A stretch of 54,523 nt of DNA, filler included, from Squatina squatina (lineage: Eukaryota), in assembly GCA_031763465.1 (NCBI GenBank). It is 3 parts of 3 records of this genome, joined end to end, with 100 filler letters (N's around TTAATTAATTAA, not from the genome) between each part and the next. Parts side by side here need not be neighbours in the genome. Positions count along the whole stretch, not along the records: positions 1 to 23,914 come from JARFOE010000222.1; positions 24,015 to 39,342 come from JARFOE010000234.1; 1 more part is not named here. One strand, written 5' to 3'. Each line of letters begins with the position of its first letter. The first letter of the stretch is position 1. The position numbers were made by a program, and so were the translations under genes. This document shows, piece by piece, positions 13,241 to 25,630 of the stretch. A model generated the notes under the pieces. It worked only from the letters and a program-made list of their open reading frames with translations. It did no database searches and had not been told where the DNA came from.

Positions 13241-14239
13241 GAATAGACAAGATCATTCCAGTCACAGGCTGAGCTGCAGAGCGTGATTGGAACTCAACAC
13301 TTTTAGATAACTTAGCAACACCACTATTGTAGAAATGTACAAATTAGGCACAAACAGAAATTGTTTGTCTTACATTTTCTTCCCCTCAGGCAGGAAGTAA
13401 ATTCAGACCCGAGACTCAATCTGAATCTAATAGGCAGTCAGTGCTGGGGCTAAAGACTTTACTGATAGGAATTCAAACAAACGACTGGCTTCTGAAACCC
13501 AGAGGCATTAAGGCAAATGGTGCAATAACATCTCCAACACACGCTCATTATAAAGTGGTGGGGAGACATGCACATTCTTCAACCTCCACAGCCCTGGCAC
13601 TGATTCTCCAGCAGTACTGTTGGGCCTTTATGGCTTTGTGTCTTATTTTCACTAGANNNNNNNNNNNNNNNNNNNNNNNNNNNNNNNNNNNNNNNNNNNN
13701 NNNNNNNNNNNNNNNNNNNNNNNNNNNNNNNNNNNNNNNNNNNNNNNNNNNNNNNNTAAAAAAAGATACATTTAGGCAGCATCTTATCCATTGGACTAAA
13801 GGATTGAATACCATTTTTATTACATGGGATTTTGCGATTTTTGGGATCATATTCCACACTGCTGTCCATTTTTCCATGAAATCTTGCTTATGGTCTACTC
13901 CTGCTCCTAATTTTATTTTCTTATGTTCTTATCTCGCAAACCTCTTCACACACAATGAATGAAGTTGAACAGAAGTGGCCATCGTCATACGGGTAAACAC
14001 GGCAGAATTTTGTTCCTGGTATTTGTTCTTGGGATGTGGGCATCACTGGCAAGGCCAGCATTTACTGCCCGCCCCTGAGCTACTGTTTAGAAGGTGGCGG
14101 TGGGCCTTTGTCTTGAAAGGTTGGGGTCCTTGTGATGGTGGTGCTCTCATGTTGGTGTTGGGTAGGAATTTTCAGCCTATTGAGACAGAGCTGATGAAGG
14201 AAAGGCACGGCAAGATCCCGCAAACAACACTGAGGTGAA

Positions 14240-14510
14240 AGACCAGCTAATCTGCTTATGGTGATGTCAACTGAGGGGGAAATGTTGGCTAGGACTCTAA
14301 CCCTTTATATAGTGCCCTCAGATCTTTAACCTCCACCTAAACCAGAGGGAGCCGCAGTCTAAGACTAAAGGATAGCTCCACTAACAATACAGCACTCCCT
14401 CAGTACTTCTCAAAACTGCCAACCTAGCTTAAATCCGAAGTCCTGGAGCAGAACTTGAACCCGCCATCTACTGATATATAAAAGTGCTACCAAATGAGCC
14501 AAGTTGACGT
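14240..14510 (-). mobile_element. Degenerate DeuSINE
   Basis: gcactccctcagtact and gaacttgaaccc (B-box rc) motifs shared with the fuller copies in the window. Confidence 0.6.
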
Positions 14511-15599
14511 GTGCGATACATCTTTAAAGGGAGGGTTCTAGCAGAAGGAAGGGCTTTAGCTTCTGTTTATCTCAGAGCAAGCAGCTCCTGATGAAGACTT
14601 TGTATCTCGCAGAGGGAAACCCAAATTGCTCATGAAATTTTAACAGCAGAAATTAATCATTTCATACTAATGTGAGTAGATTCTAAGAGTCCATTAACAG
14701 GGCAACCCCCTGATGTAGAACCACCATCCTTTCATAATGGTTGACTCGAACCAGTATAGCCTGACCTAAAAGCTTAAATCTAGCAATTCTGAATAGGTGC
14801 TTTACAAACAGGCCAACACGGTCCAGTCAATAGTNNNNNNNNNNTCTCTCAGGCTGGCTGTGTACTGCCAGCTGTGATCTGGCACAGCGCTTGGAGAGGT
14901 GAGAATACAATGAGCCCCCATCGCCTTATGCAAAATTCACTATTACATAGATCACTGAGTGCTTTCAATTGGAACAGAGAAAGTATAAGATAGCAGCTGC
15001 ACAGTGAATTCATTTGCTAAACCAATCTGCTGCAACTCAAAAGAGATAAGCAATGAATAGAGGACTTGGGATCTGACAACATCCTCCACTTGATAGAGCA
15101 CTTGCTGCACAATAAGAGTTTACTCCTCTCAAAGTCACATGGAAGAGCTTCTGCCTGACTCAGTTGGTACATCCACTACCCCATGCAACACTTGCTCTTA
15201 CTGAGTAAAGCCCGTGAAGGGTCAAGGCTTATGGTGCAGGGCAATAGCAAGTTTGAAATGGGTTGGAGATTACTTNNNNNNNNNNNNNNNNNNNNNNNNN
15301 NNNNNNNNNNNNNNNNNNNNNNNNNNNNNNNNNNNNNNNNNNNNNNNNNNNNNNNNNNNNNNNNNNNNNNNNNNNCCCTTTGATGACGTCATCGAGTGTT
15401 TCCAGCGCTCCCGCATTTGTGCCCATTTAGCGCCGGCGTTAATGGGAGACCAATTTCGCGTCTTAGCAATTAGCGCTGAAAACAGGCGATAGACCCCAAC
15501 ACCTGTTCTGCGTCCATTTAGCGCTAGCGCTGACCGACGAATTGGGTACCCTTCGTAAATATAACTGGTTTTCGTCTTCTTAAGTTACCAGTGCGACGC

Positions 15600-15995
15600 A
15601 ACCCAATTGGGGGCCCAAGCTTAATGTATTCCTCTTTCCTTATGGCTTCATTCATCCATGGAGTCTCATTGGCTTTTAGTTTGTTCTTTCCTTTTAACGA
15701 AATATAATGTTCCTGCACTCTGTTGAACACCGTTTTAAATGTTTCCCATTACTGTTCTACATCATTATTTGCCAATATTGTCGCCCATTTTATTTTCCCA
15801 TTTTTTATTCTCAGCCCCTCAAAATCAGCTTTTCTCCAATCTATTACTCTGGTCTTCATCATCCTTCTCAATTATGATCTTAAAGTGTGTTATATTATTG
15901 TCACTATTGCCTANNNNNNNNNNCCTTACTTTTACTTCTCTTATCTGCTCTAGTTCATTCCCCATTAATAGATCCAACAGATTACTAGATTTTCT
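15600..15995 (-). mobile_element. CR1 ORF2 endonuclease/linker fragment
   Basis: LLDLLMGNE...GNSDNNITHFKI (SDH-like endonuclease end) and FNRVQEHYISLK...PWMNEAIRK. Confidence 0.7.
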
Positions 15996-17253
15996 TCGAA
16001 ATAGTGCCGTGGGATCTGTTGCGTCCACCTGAAAGAGCAGACAGGGCCTTGGTTTAGCATCTCATTCGAAAGACGGCACCTCTGACAATGCAGCACTCCC
16101 TTAGTGATTAGCAGAATGTGTTGTGTGGGAGTGACAGTTCAGTGATACTTTTACACAAGTTGTATTTGTATGTTCACTCGATGGAAATATTGGGGATTGA
16201 AAGTACATTTAGGGGATGTGATTCAATTGGTATATTCTTCAAACAAATTGTAAAGTATGCTGAGTTGCAGGCAGCTAAACATTTAGACTCATGAGTCATC
16301 TAAACATGTATTTAAAAACAGAGCAAACAACTGCAGCAATTGCTATAATTACCTATTGCACAAAGAAGGAAAATGCTCTGCCATGAACCCATGCCAAAGT
16401 GTACAATCTATTTGTTGTTTGGCCAATTCAATCATAAAGTAAGGCAGTGCAAAATTATCAGACAAATAGATCTTTCAAGTTTTTTAAATCTAAGTCTCCT
16501 AATCTATAGCTTCACATAGAATCCATCCTGCTGCACCTCAATAAAAATCCTGTTTACTTGTGTTCCATTGTACATGCGGTTTATTTCCTTAATAAATAAT
16601 TTCTTGATGAATGACATTGGTTTAACCCAGCGTGTGATCTGTAATCCTGAAAATAATTGGGAGTCAGTTCTCGGGGTTAACTGCGGCATACTCCGTTATG
16701 CAGAGGACATCACACAGGGCCCATCATGGTAACACATTTATACGAACAAGTGACTCCAACACACAAGGTGACAAATGACACAAGTGTGTAATGTCCACGA
16801 GTTGTGTAGATATGTTAGCACAGCGACATCCATTTGTACAAGGGCAACCTATTTGACTTTTTAAGTAAAGAAACAAGGGGCCTGGGATTTCCTTGGAAAT
16901 TCTGCTGATCAGCTTCTGTAACTTTGTCAGAAGATTCGTGGAATACCTGTTTAAGCATGTAAACGGGGTTCTTGAAGTTACAGCAGCCAATCAGAAGAAG
17001 CCCCAAGGAAATTCATCCCCGATGTTTTAACATGGTCCTCCCTTTTTGCCACTGAGCCTGTTCTATGACACGTCTATCTAACAGACAAGGCAGGTACTCT
17101 GAGGCCTCCCGCTGACCCTGATCCTGAGTGGTAATGGGTGGCTCTGCCCATTGCGTTTTCCTTTTTCTTGTCAGGAAGCACCTGGCTCTCCACTGTCCAA
17201 CCTCCTGGGCCACATGGTGAAGAATTGGAACTCCCTGCATGGAGCGAAGATAC

Positions 17254-17401
17254 AGATCAGCCATGATCTGATTGAATGGTGGAGCAGGCGGAGCACTGAG
17301 ATTGCTGCTTAGAACATAAGAACACAATAACTAGGAGCAGGAATAGGCCATTCGGCCCATCGAGCCTGCTCCGCCATTCAACAAGATCATGGCTGATCTT
17401 C
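17254..17401. mobile_element. Two CR1 3' tails in opposite orientation
   Basis: agatcagccatgatctgattgaatggtggagcaggc (17254-17289) is near-complementary to gcctgctccgccattcaacaagatcatggctgatct (17364-17399). Confidence 0.75.
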
Positions 17402-18311
17402 NNNNNNNNNNNNNNNNNNNNNNNNNNNNNNNNNNNNNNNNNNNNNNNNNNNNNNNNNNNNNNNNNNNNNNNNNNNNNNNNNNNNNNNNNNNNNNNNNNN
17501 NCAGTTGGGGTGCCTTTTGGTTAGGGTTGGGGTGGGGGCGAGGGAGAGGGTTGGGGTTAGGGCGAGGGTGGAAATGGGGTGGGGGTGAGGGGGAGAGAAC
17601 CCCGTGAGGAAGCAGCCCACATGATTATTGTGGAAGCCCAGAGGTGTATTCCTGCTCCCTCCCGACCCCACAAAAACAATGAAAATATTGGCTACCCTGT
17701 AACCGGATTGTCAGTTGAATCTGTGAGGAGTGAGCGCACGACCCACGATTCGCCCAGTTGTGTCCCAAACATTGGCATAGTACAGGTACAGGGATTGAAC
17801 TGGCCGGGGGCTACAGCTGCCCTGAGGTAGGCTCTTCCAAAGGTGGCGTTGGCCCATCCGGAAGGGGGAACGGGGGCCGGGAAGCTTTATCCCCATAATT
17901 CTNNNNNNNNNNGGGGCGATGCCGCCTGGGAATCAAATCTGGGCTGCTCTGGTTTATGTTGCTTGGTTACACAAGGCCTTGGCTTGACCATCAGGGGAAC
18001 CTTTCCAAGAAGCAACTATTGTTTAGGCCTCGGCCTGGAGTCAATTCTACTGCAGGGAGCGATCCCGACCAGAACCTCTCTCACATCAGGTGATGCGAGC
18101 GGAGCTGATTCTGTGCGCCTTCTATCAGGTTCTCTGAAGTTGCGCACTGAGTTTCAGCAGGGTTAATTAAATCTAAGCCAAGTATTTACCCTGAGCTGCT
18201 CTCATCCGAAGGGGAAAGAGGAAGGCAGGGGCTTATTCTCCAGCGGAGAGCACAGCTGTGCTCAGCTTCACTACGTCATTGATATTCAGGCCAGGGTGGC
18301 AGGGTGCTACC

Positions 18312-18325
18312 GTTGCCATGGAAAC
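18312..18325. promoter_or_regulatory. RFX X-box-like site
   Basis: GTTGCCATGGAAAC, one base from the palindromic X-box GTTGCCATGGCAAC, in non-repetitive sequence. Confidence 0.45.
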
Positions 18326-19034
18326 AGAGGGGAGGCAGCTGTTACCTGCAGACAGCTGGAGAAATGAAGACGGAAGAGGAAAGAATAATGAGTGTGGTTC
18401 TGGTTGTAGAGGCAAAAATAAAATCATGGTTGGTAGGGCGGAAAATTAATCTTTGTTTTCTCCTCGAGCTGCCCTTTCCTCTGCCACTAATTGTGTCTTT
18501 CAGTGTGTAATGGCCAAAATAGCAGGAGCTTCAACAGATAATTAAAACACACAGCGATCCTTTATCAGAGCATAGTAGATGCTCCAAACCAGGACTATGT
18601 TTCAATTGCCAAAGCCTCGTACGTCAAAGTATCTGACGTGTATCTGGGTACAAACTGATCACGCACTAACTGCTCTAGGCCTCACTGTGACAGCTAATTT
18701 CGCTGAGTAGTTTTAATTTTTTATTTGTGATATAGCCATCACTGGCAAGGCCGGCATTTGTTGCCCGTCTCTAGTTGCCCTTGAGAAGGTGATGGTGTGC
18801 CTTCCTCTTGAACCGCTGCAGTCCGTGTGGTGAAGGTGCTCCCACACTGCTGTTCAGTAGGCAGTTCCAGGATTTTGACCCNNNNNNNNNNNNNNNNNNN
18901 NNNNNNNNNNNNNNNNNNNNNNNNNNNNNNNNNNNNNNNNNNNNNNNNNNNNNNNNNNNNNNNNNNNNNNNNNNNNNNNNNCCGTGGATCAGTGGGTAGC
19001 ACTCTCGTCTTTGAGTCAGAACACACTAATGAAA

Positions 19035-19502
19035 GAAAAAGAAAGACTTGCATTTATATAGTGCCTTTAACGACCATCGGGCGTCTCAAAGCACTTTACG
19101 GCCAATTTTGCTTTTGAAGTGTAGTCACTGTTGTAATGTAGGAAACGCAACAGCCAATTTGCGACCGGCAATCTCCCACAAACAGCAAAGTGATAATGAC
19201 AAGATGATCTGTTTTAGCGACATTGATTGAGGGATAAATTTTGGCCAGCGCACCGGGTACAACTCCACTGCTCTTCTTTAAAATAGTGCTATGGGATCTT
19301 TTACATCCACCCAAAAGGGCAGGCAGGGCCTCGGTTTAACGTCTCATCCAAAAGACAACACCCTCTGACAGTGCAGCTCTCCCTCAGTACTGCATTGGTG
19401 TATCAGCTGAGATTTATGTGCTCAGGTCTCTGGAGTGGGACTTGAACCCACAACCTTCTGACGCAGAGGTGAGGGTGTTACCCACTGAGCCACAGCTGAC
19501 AC
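19035..19502 (-). mobile_element. Full-length tRNA-headed DeuSINE (SacSINE1-like)
   Basis: On the - strand: A box TGGCTCAGTGG, B box GGTTCAAGTCC, Deu core ttgctgtttgtgggag...aaattggctg, and tail gcactatataaatgcaagtc followed by a T/C-rich end. Confidence 0.88.
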
Positions 19503-20029
19503 TAATGGGTGTGACACAGAGTCCACTCTTGACTGAGTCCGATATGCAGACCTCCTGTGACATGCCCGCGTCGCTCAAAGTCCGGTGCCCTCGACGCCCA
19601 ATTTGTAACGTTAACCCTTTTACTTCTCACCTTTTCTGTTTTCCTTTCAACTTTTACTTTAACTTCCGTGGCATTCGTTTTACCTCGCTCAACCTCCTCC
19701 TTCATCTGTGCAGATGGCATCTGCCCAGCACGGCTGTGTTACGAGCTTGCAGGCATACTGTTAGAAGGGAATGCATTCTGCCACTCCACTTTATCAACCT
19801 AACCCCCAGGGAGAGGATTAGTGGTCATTTCCATTCAAAGAGCCATGACTCACTCCCAATTTATTTGAATAATTTAAATCAATTGGAGTATAGCTTTCCT
19901 CAGCTATTTATTAATGGCTATTGCATCCTGGGACCCCCCCTGATGATGCTGCAGTAACAGATGGAGTCGCGCATCCCAGATTCCCTATTTCTGATACTCA
20001 AGCCAAACTGGGAGGGAATGACAGTGAAA

Positions 20030-20391
20030 AGAAAATGAAAGACTTGTAGTTATACAACACCTTTCACAACCTGAGGATGGGCCAAAGTGCTTTCCAACCA
20101 GTGAAGTACTTCTTTTGCAGTGTGGTCGTTACTGTAACGCAGGAAACATGACAGGCAATTTGCGCACAGCAAGGCCCCACAAACAGCAATGTGATCAATG
20201 ACCAGTTAATCTGTTTTAAGTGTTGGTTGAGGGACAAGTATAAGGAGCCTGGGTTTAATGTCACATTCAAAAGATGGTACCACCAACAGTGCAGCACTCC
20301 CTCAGTATCGCACTGAAGTGTCAGCCTGGATTACATGCTCACATGCCTGGAGTGGGACTTGAACCCATAAACTTCAGATCAGAGACAAAAG
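20030..20391 (-). mobile_element. DeuSINE (internally deleted)
   Basis: Same Deu core and B-box region as 19035-19502. Confidence 0.8.
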
Positions 20392-20531
20392 NNNNNNNNN
20401 NNNNNNNNNNNNNNNNNNNNNNNNNNNNNNNNNNNNNNNNNNNNNNNNNNNNNNNNNNNNNNNNNNNNNNNNNNNNNNNNNNNNNNNNNNNTTCAATTGC
20501 TAAGTAGCTTGCTTTCTGAATTCTGTTCCAG

Positions 20532-20783
20532 GCATATGAAGAGTACACAAGCAAGCTGGATGCACTGCAGCAACGTGAACAGCAGTTGCTGGAATCCATG
20601 GGGAACGGCACGGAGTTCCCAAACACGAGCTCCACCCTGACGGACTTGATGGAGCCCTGCACCAACCTTTCTGTCACTCACAACTCTCCGGGCCTGTTAC
20701 TGAACCCGAGTGACAGTTCAAGGGCCAACCCCAAATCTCCTCAGAAACCCATTGTTCNNNNNNNNNNCAAACAGAGAACTGTG
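20532..20783 (+). CDS. BRAF: B-Raf kinase N-terminal exon (BRAF-specific coiled coil to start of RBD)
   Basis: ttccag|GCA. Encodes [27 protein letters not shown]...[12 protein letters not shown][gap]KQRTV, then donor |gtgagt. Confidence 0.96.
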
Positions 20784-21012
20784 GTGAGTAAAAACAGTGA
20801 AGGAAGTGACATGACATTCTGAGGAACAACTGCAGGCCAACAAGTGGTCCTAAGTTCATGAAGACTGGAAAACAATAAGGTAATTTGTATTGTGGACCTT
20901 TGTGGACATAATACAAATATATTTCCTTAACATTGCCTGTGTGCACCTACTGCAACTCCTAACCACAGGGAGCTCTTTCTTTAAAGGCTGTTTCTTGTAT
21001 TAATTTTGTTAA

Positions 21013-21145
21013 GTGTCCCCCCCTGTTCGTGTGCCTCGTACAGTGTGTCCCCCCTGTTCGTGTGCCTCGTACGGTGTGTCCCCCCGTTCGTGTGCCTCGT
21101 ACAGTGTGTCCCCCCTGTTCGTGTGCCTCGTACAGTGTGTCCCCC
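21013..21145. repeat. 30-31 bp minisatellite, about 4.3 copies
   Basis: Near-identical units gtgtgtcccccctgttcgtgtgcctcgtaca. Confidence 0.92.
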
Positions 21146-21662
21146 ATAAAGTAAGATTCATTATTGCCACTGCAGTTTTCCATTCCCCTCTAGAGGAAAA
21201 ATGGGTGAGAAGAAACCCTGTATCAAGGTGGTTTGGACCTTGAGTATCATTTTTGCTGATTATTGCTCTCCTTTAATTTATGCATACTTCAAACTGTATA
21301 CGTTTGGGTTTAAGCTTAGAGATATTTGCCCAGTGGGCTGGGGCTGTCTTATACACACGTCACCTTCTCTCTGGGGTTTTCCACCTAGGAAAGCAATTCT
21401 GCTAAAGATGGTGGAACCAGCAACAGCAGCCCCTCCCCTTCATGTCAGCTGGTGTCCCAACTCCCCCAGTGCCATGAAATTTACATAAGAACTACACTCC
21501 TGGCTCCTGCTGCTGGTACACAGCCCAGCAGGATAGCTGCAGGGGTAGAGGATTCACTGCCGNNNNNNNNNNNNNNNNNNNNNNNNNNNNNNNNNNNNNN
21601 NNNNNNNNNNNNNNNNNNNNNNNNNNNNNNNNNNNNNNNNNNNNNNNNNNNNNNNNNNNNNN

Positions 21663-21767
<105 letters not shown>

Positions 21768-21984
21768 TAAGTAAATTTGAACTGCAAGGGAGGCAGTAGG
21801 CATCATTGGCCGGGGAAAGAATGTCTTCTAAAGCCATTGAGTGAGGCTGGTCTGAAGCTAATTGAGAACTGTGTTTGGATGATCCCTTATAATTGAACAG
21901 GTTCAAGCATAGGTCATTGGGAGCAATCAGTACCTTTCTACAGCTTTCATCTGAGCAGGGTAAACATTTGGGGAGGCTAGCCTG

Positions 21985-22290
21985 GTGCTTGTGGTCCTCG
22001 ACTAGTAACCTAGAGGCTGAGAGTTCAAACCCCACCAGGGCAAGTTGTGAACTTGAGTTCAATAAATCTGGTCATTTGTGGCTGGCATCAGAAAATGACC
22101 ATGACAAGGATTTATGTAGAAACCCAACTGGTTCACTAATGCCTTTCAGAGAAGGAAATGTGCACCCTTACCTGGTCTGGATCTACACCTGTCGCTCCTA
22201 ATACGGTTGACTCTTAATGTCCAGCGAACCTCATTGTCACCACTGGGGAACTAAGGATCAGCAATGCAGCCTTGCCAGCGTCTCATAGAA
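21985..22290 (+). mobile_element. Second tRNA-derived SINE family, degenerate copy
   Basis: B-box-like gagttcaaacccc, aacccaactggttcactaatg core and ccttgccagcg tail. Related inverted fragments lie at about 18720-18880, 33030-33080 and 36367-36425. Confidence 0.55.
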
Positions 22291-22861
22291 CAAATATATT
22301 TGAGATAACAGCAGGTCACTGGCTCCAATCTTTATCTCAGATGAATGTGAATGCAGATTGCTCAAGGATTTGGCCTGGGAATTGCATTTTTGAAACTCCA
22401 ATTCCAAGGACCAAATCAAAGTATGTTTATTTTTCCAGTATCCTTTTTTTTCTTTAAAGATAATGCTGTCCCTGTCTGCTCGCTGTGGCACTGTTTGTCA
22501 ACAAACTTATTTAGGACGTTTTGCTACGTTAAAAGATACTATATAAATGCAAGTTGTTGTTGGTAGAAATATACAATAGGAATAGACACTGAAGGAAGTA
22601 TGAATTTGTGTATAATGCGTTTCTTATGCGATCCTTCCATATTGTCACATCGCATTATTCCCAGCTGCCGTGACTGAGCAAGCTGTAAACAATGAGTGCT
22701 TGCCCCTAATCCTACACGGCTCTCTCCAGAGACAATCCAGATTGGCAAGCACGCAACCTGTACTTGTATTTCTCTGCAGCTCAAATTAACATGGAATGAA
22801 AAATTCAGGCACCCACCATTACATATTGCTGAATTCTGGAAGAGATTTCCCTGTTGTGCCA

Positions 22862-23320
22862 GACATGGGCACTCAGTTTGTAGCACTCTCGCTTCTGAGT
22901 CAGAAGGTTGTGGCTTCAAGTCCCACTCCAGAGACTTGAGCACAAAATCTCGGCTGACGCTCCAATGCAGTGCTGAGGGGGCACTGCACTGTTGGAGGAG
23001 CTGACTTTCGGATGAGACGTTAAACCAGGATCCCGTCTGCTCTCTCAGGCGGATGTAAAGAAAATTCCGTGGTATTATTTCGAAGAAGAGCAGGGGAGTT
23101 CTCCCCAGAGTCCTGGCTAATATGTATCCCTCAATCAATATCACTAAGAAGCAGATGGTTATTATCACATTGCTGTTTGTGGGAGCTTGCTGTGCACAAA
23201 TTGGCTGCTGTGTTTCCTAAATTACAACAGTGACTACACTTCACAAAGTACTTCATTGGCTGTAAAGCAGTTTGAGACNNNNNNNNNNGCGCTATAGAAA
23301 TGCAAGTCTTTCTTTTTTTT
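22862..23320 (+). mobile_element. Full-length DeuSINE (SacSINE1-like)
   Basis: tRNA-like head, Deu core cacattgctgtttgtgggagcttgctgtgcacaaattggctgctgtgtttcc...cattggctgtaaagc, and tail gcgctatagaaatgcaagtctttc. Confidence 0.9.
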
Positions 23321-23461
23321 CTAAGGTCTGTACTGAGTCAGCTGGTCCAAGCCAGAAGGGTGGGGTCGCCACGGGTTAAGGAATTTAAAAATAAACAGCT
23401 CTTCATCGCTACAAGTGATCTGCATCAACAGAAATCTGATGAGTTCAGGCTTGGGTTCAAT

Positions 23462-23914
23462 ACCCTACCCTCCTATCCCACCCTCCCTCACTCACCCTCC
23501 CTCGCTCCAACACCCTCCCTCCAACACCCTCCCTGCTTCACCCTCCCATCTCACCCTCCCGACCTCACCCTCCCTCCATCACCCTCCCTATCTCACCCTC
23601 CCTCACCCTCCCTCCATCACTCTCCCTCCCTCACCTACCCTTGCTCACCCTCCCTCGCTCACCCTCCCTCCCTCACCCTCCCTAGCTCCGCCTTCCCACC
23701 TCACTCACTCCACCTCACTCACTCACTCTCCCTCCCTCACTCACTCACTCACTCTCTCTCCCTCCCTCACTCTCACTCACACCCTCTCACTCTCTCCCTC
23801 CCTCACTCTCCCTCCCTCACTCACTCTCTCACGCTCCCTCACTCTCACGCACACCCCCTCGCTCACTCTCTCCCCCACACACTCTCTCTCGCGCCAACAC
23901 TCTCGCACACACTC
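23462..23914. repeat. C/T-rich low-complexity simple repeat (CCCT, CACT, CT units)
   Basis: Directly visible; ends at the scaffold end. Confidence 0.9.
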
Positions 23915-24014
23915 NNNNNNNNNNNNNNNNNNNNNNNNNNNNNNNNNNNNNNNNNNNNTTAATTAATTAANNNNNNNNNNNNNNNNNNNNNNNNNNNNNN
24001 NNNNNNNNNNNNNN
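23915..24014. other. Artificial scaffold-joining spacer (44N-TTAATTAATTAA-44N)
   Basis: 12-mer at 23959-23970 has stops in all six frames and is centred in exactly 100 bp; the same structure occurs at 39343-39442. Confidence 0.95.
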
Positions 24015-24375
24015 CCAGAGACTCGAACACAAAAACCTGGGCTGACACTCCTGTGCAGTACTGAGTCTGCACTGTTGTAGGTAAACCGAGGCCCCGTCTG
24101 CCCCCTCAGCAGGATGTAAAAGATCCCATGGCACTATGTCGAAGAAGACCGGGGGGTTCTCCCCGGTGCCCTGGCCAATATTTGTCCCTCAATCAACATC
24201 ACTAAAAACAGATTATCTGGTCATTATCCCATTGCTGTTTGTGGGAGCTTGCTGTGTGTAATATTAACTGCCACTTTTCCTACATCACAACAGTGACTAC
24301 AGTTGAAAAATTAATTCATTCGCTGAAAAGCGCTTTGGCAACATGAAAGATGCTGTATAACTGCAAGTCTTTTTT
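24015..24375 (+). mobile_element. DeuSINE (5' truncated by gap)
   Basis: Deu core and tail as at 22862-23320. Confidence 0.85.
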
Positions 24376-24602
24376 TACCATAAGAAAGGTAGGCAAAGAC
24401 AAAATATTAGGACAGCTTCTGATTGGTCCTTAGTCAGGGGAGGGTCGAGTTACTCGCTGGCATCATTTCTGTTTCCACCAGTGTAAAATTTCTATAACAT
24501 TTTATTTAGAGGTGGGGTATGACACTTGGAATGTTTGACTTGACTACGGCAATGAGGGTATCAGGACATTAAATGGAACAATCTACTCTTTTACTTCTCC
24601 AG

Positions 24603-24733
24603 GTGAGAAACCCTTTGAGTGCCCAAACTGCCACGAGCGATTTGCCAGGAATAGCACACTGAAATGCCACTTGGTGGCGTGCCGTACGGGTATGGGCGCA
24701 AAGAAAGGAAGGAAGAAGATGTACGAGTGTCAG
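24603..24733 (+). CDS. ZNF131: Zinc finger protein 131 (BTB-ZF) internal exon
   Basis: ctccag|GT. Encodes GEKPFECPNCHERFARNSTLKCHLVACRTGMGAKKGRKKMYECQ, then |gtacag; matches the recalled ZNF131 C2HC finger and basic NLS-like segment. Confidence 0.93.
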
Positions 24734-24784
24734 GTACAGTGCACCGAGCAGCACAGGCCACCAGCTTCCCTGAAGGCCAGCAAC

Positions 24785-25211
24785 TTTTGTTCAGCGCCTT
24801 TAACGTGGTAAAACGTCCCAAAGCACTTTGCAGGAATTCTCAAACAAAATTTGACACCGGGCCACAGAAGGAGATATTACAGCAGCTGAGTAAAAGCTTG
24901 GTCAAAGAGGTAGGTTTCAAGATGTGNNNNNNNNNNACAAGTTTTGACACGGGGGTGATCTTAGGATAGAGGACCAAAAGCTTGGCCAAAGGCTTTAAGG
25001 AGCATTTTAAAGCGGTTAGAGAGGCGAAGAGGTTTAGGGAGGGAATCCCAGAGCTTGGGGTCTCGGCAGCTGAAGGTACAGCCGTCGATAGAGAAGTGAT
25101 AAAAAACGGAGATACGCAAGAAACCTGAATTGAGATCTCAGAGGGTTGTAGGGCTGGAGGAGGTTACACAGATAGAAAGGGGTGAGGCCATGGAGGGATT
25201 TGAAAACCAGG
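24785..25211 (-). mobile_element. L2-clade LINE 3' fragment
   Basis: LVFKSLHGLTPFYLCNLLQPYNPLRS; homologous to 12780-13240. Confidence 0.8.
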
Positions 25212-25311
25212 NNNNNNNNNNNNNNNNNNNNNNNNNNNNNNNNNNNNNNNNNNNNNNNNNNNNNNNNNNNNNNNNNNNNNNNNNNNNNNNNNNNNNNNNN
25301 NNNNNNNNNNN

Positions 25312-25445
25312 AATAGTTTCTATCCACCCTATCTGTTCTCCTAAGTATCTTGAAAACTTGGATCAGATCACCCCTTAACCTTCTAAATTCTAGGGAATAC
25401 AACCCTAATTTGCGTAATCTCTCCACGTAACTTAGCCCTGGAGTT
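25312..25445 (-). mobile_element. CR1 RT C-terminal fragment
   Basis: LSYVERLRKLGLYSLEFRRLRGDLIQVFKIL. Confidence 0.88.
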
Positions 25446-25564
25446 CTAACATCTGTCAGAACACACATGCTAGAATCTTGGGGTATAATTACTCATGAGG
25501 TAACTGAAACTTCTTGTTGTAAAATCTAAGGGAATGGTGAGCAGTTGTAAATTACGGGGAAATA

Positions 25565-25630
25565 GTGCACTGTTGTCCAATATGGTAGCCACCAGCCACA
25601 TGTGGCTAACAGAGAATCCAAGTGTGGCAA
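25565..25630. mobile_element. Possible hAT-Charlie (MER3/MER33-like) terminal remnant
   Basis: tgtccaatatggtagccaccagccacatgtggcta resembles recalled MER3/MER33 ends. Confidence 0.35.

Noticed and set aside
15376-15550. CpG-rich patches (also about 50010-50140 and 53050-53360) as CpG-island promoters
   Set aside because: Short, two of the three abut gaps, and they look like ends of non-autonomous DNA transposons. The family cannot be assigned by eye.
19440-19502. tRNA gene candidates (A and B boxes)
   Set aside because: These are tRNA-derived SINE heads continuing into SINE bodies, with no full cloverleaf.
19418-19957. 179-aa ORF
   Set aside because: Starts inside a SINE head; no recognisable protein or splice structure.
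22539-23168. 209-aa ORF on the - strand
   Set aside because: Overlaps the antisense of a DeuSINE and has no domain features.
23300-23966. 220-aa and 183-aa Pro/Ser/His/Leu-rich ORFs
   Set aside because: Translations of C/T-rich simple repeats running into N; they end on the artificial linker.
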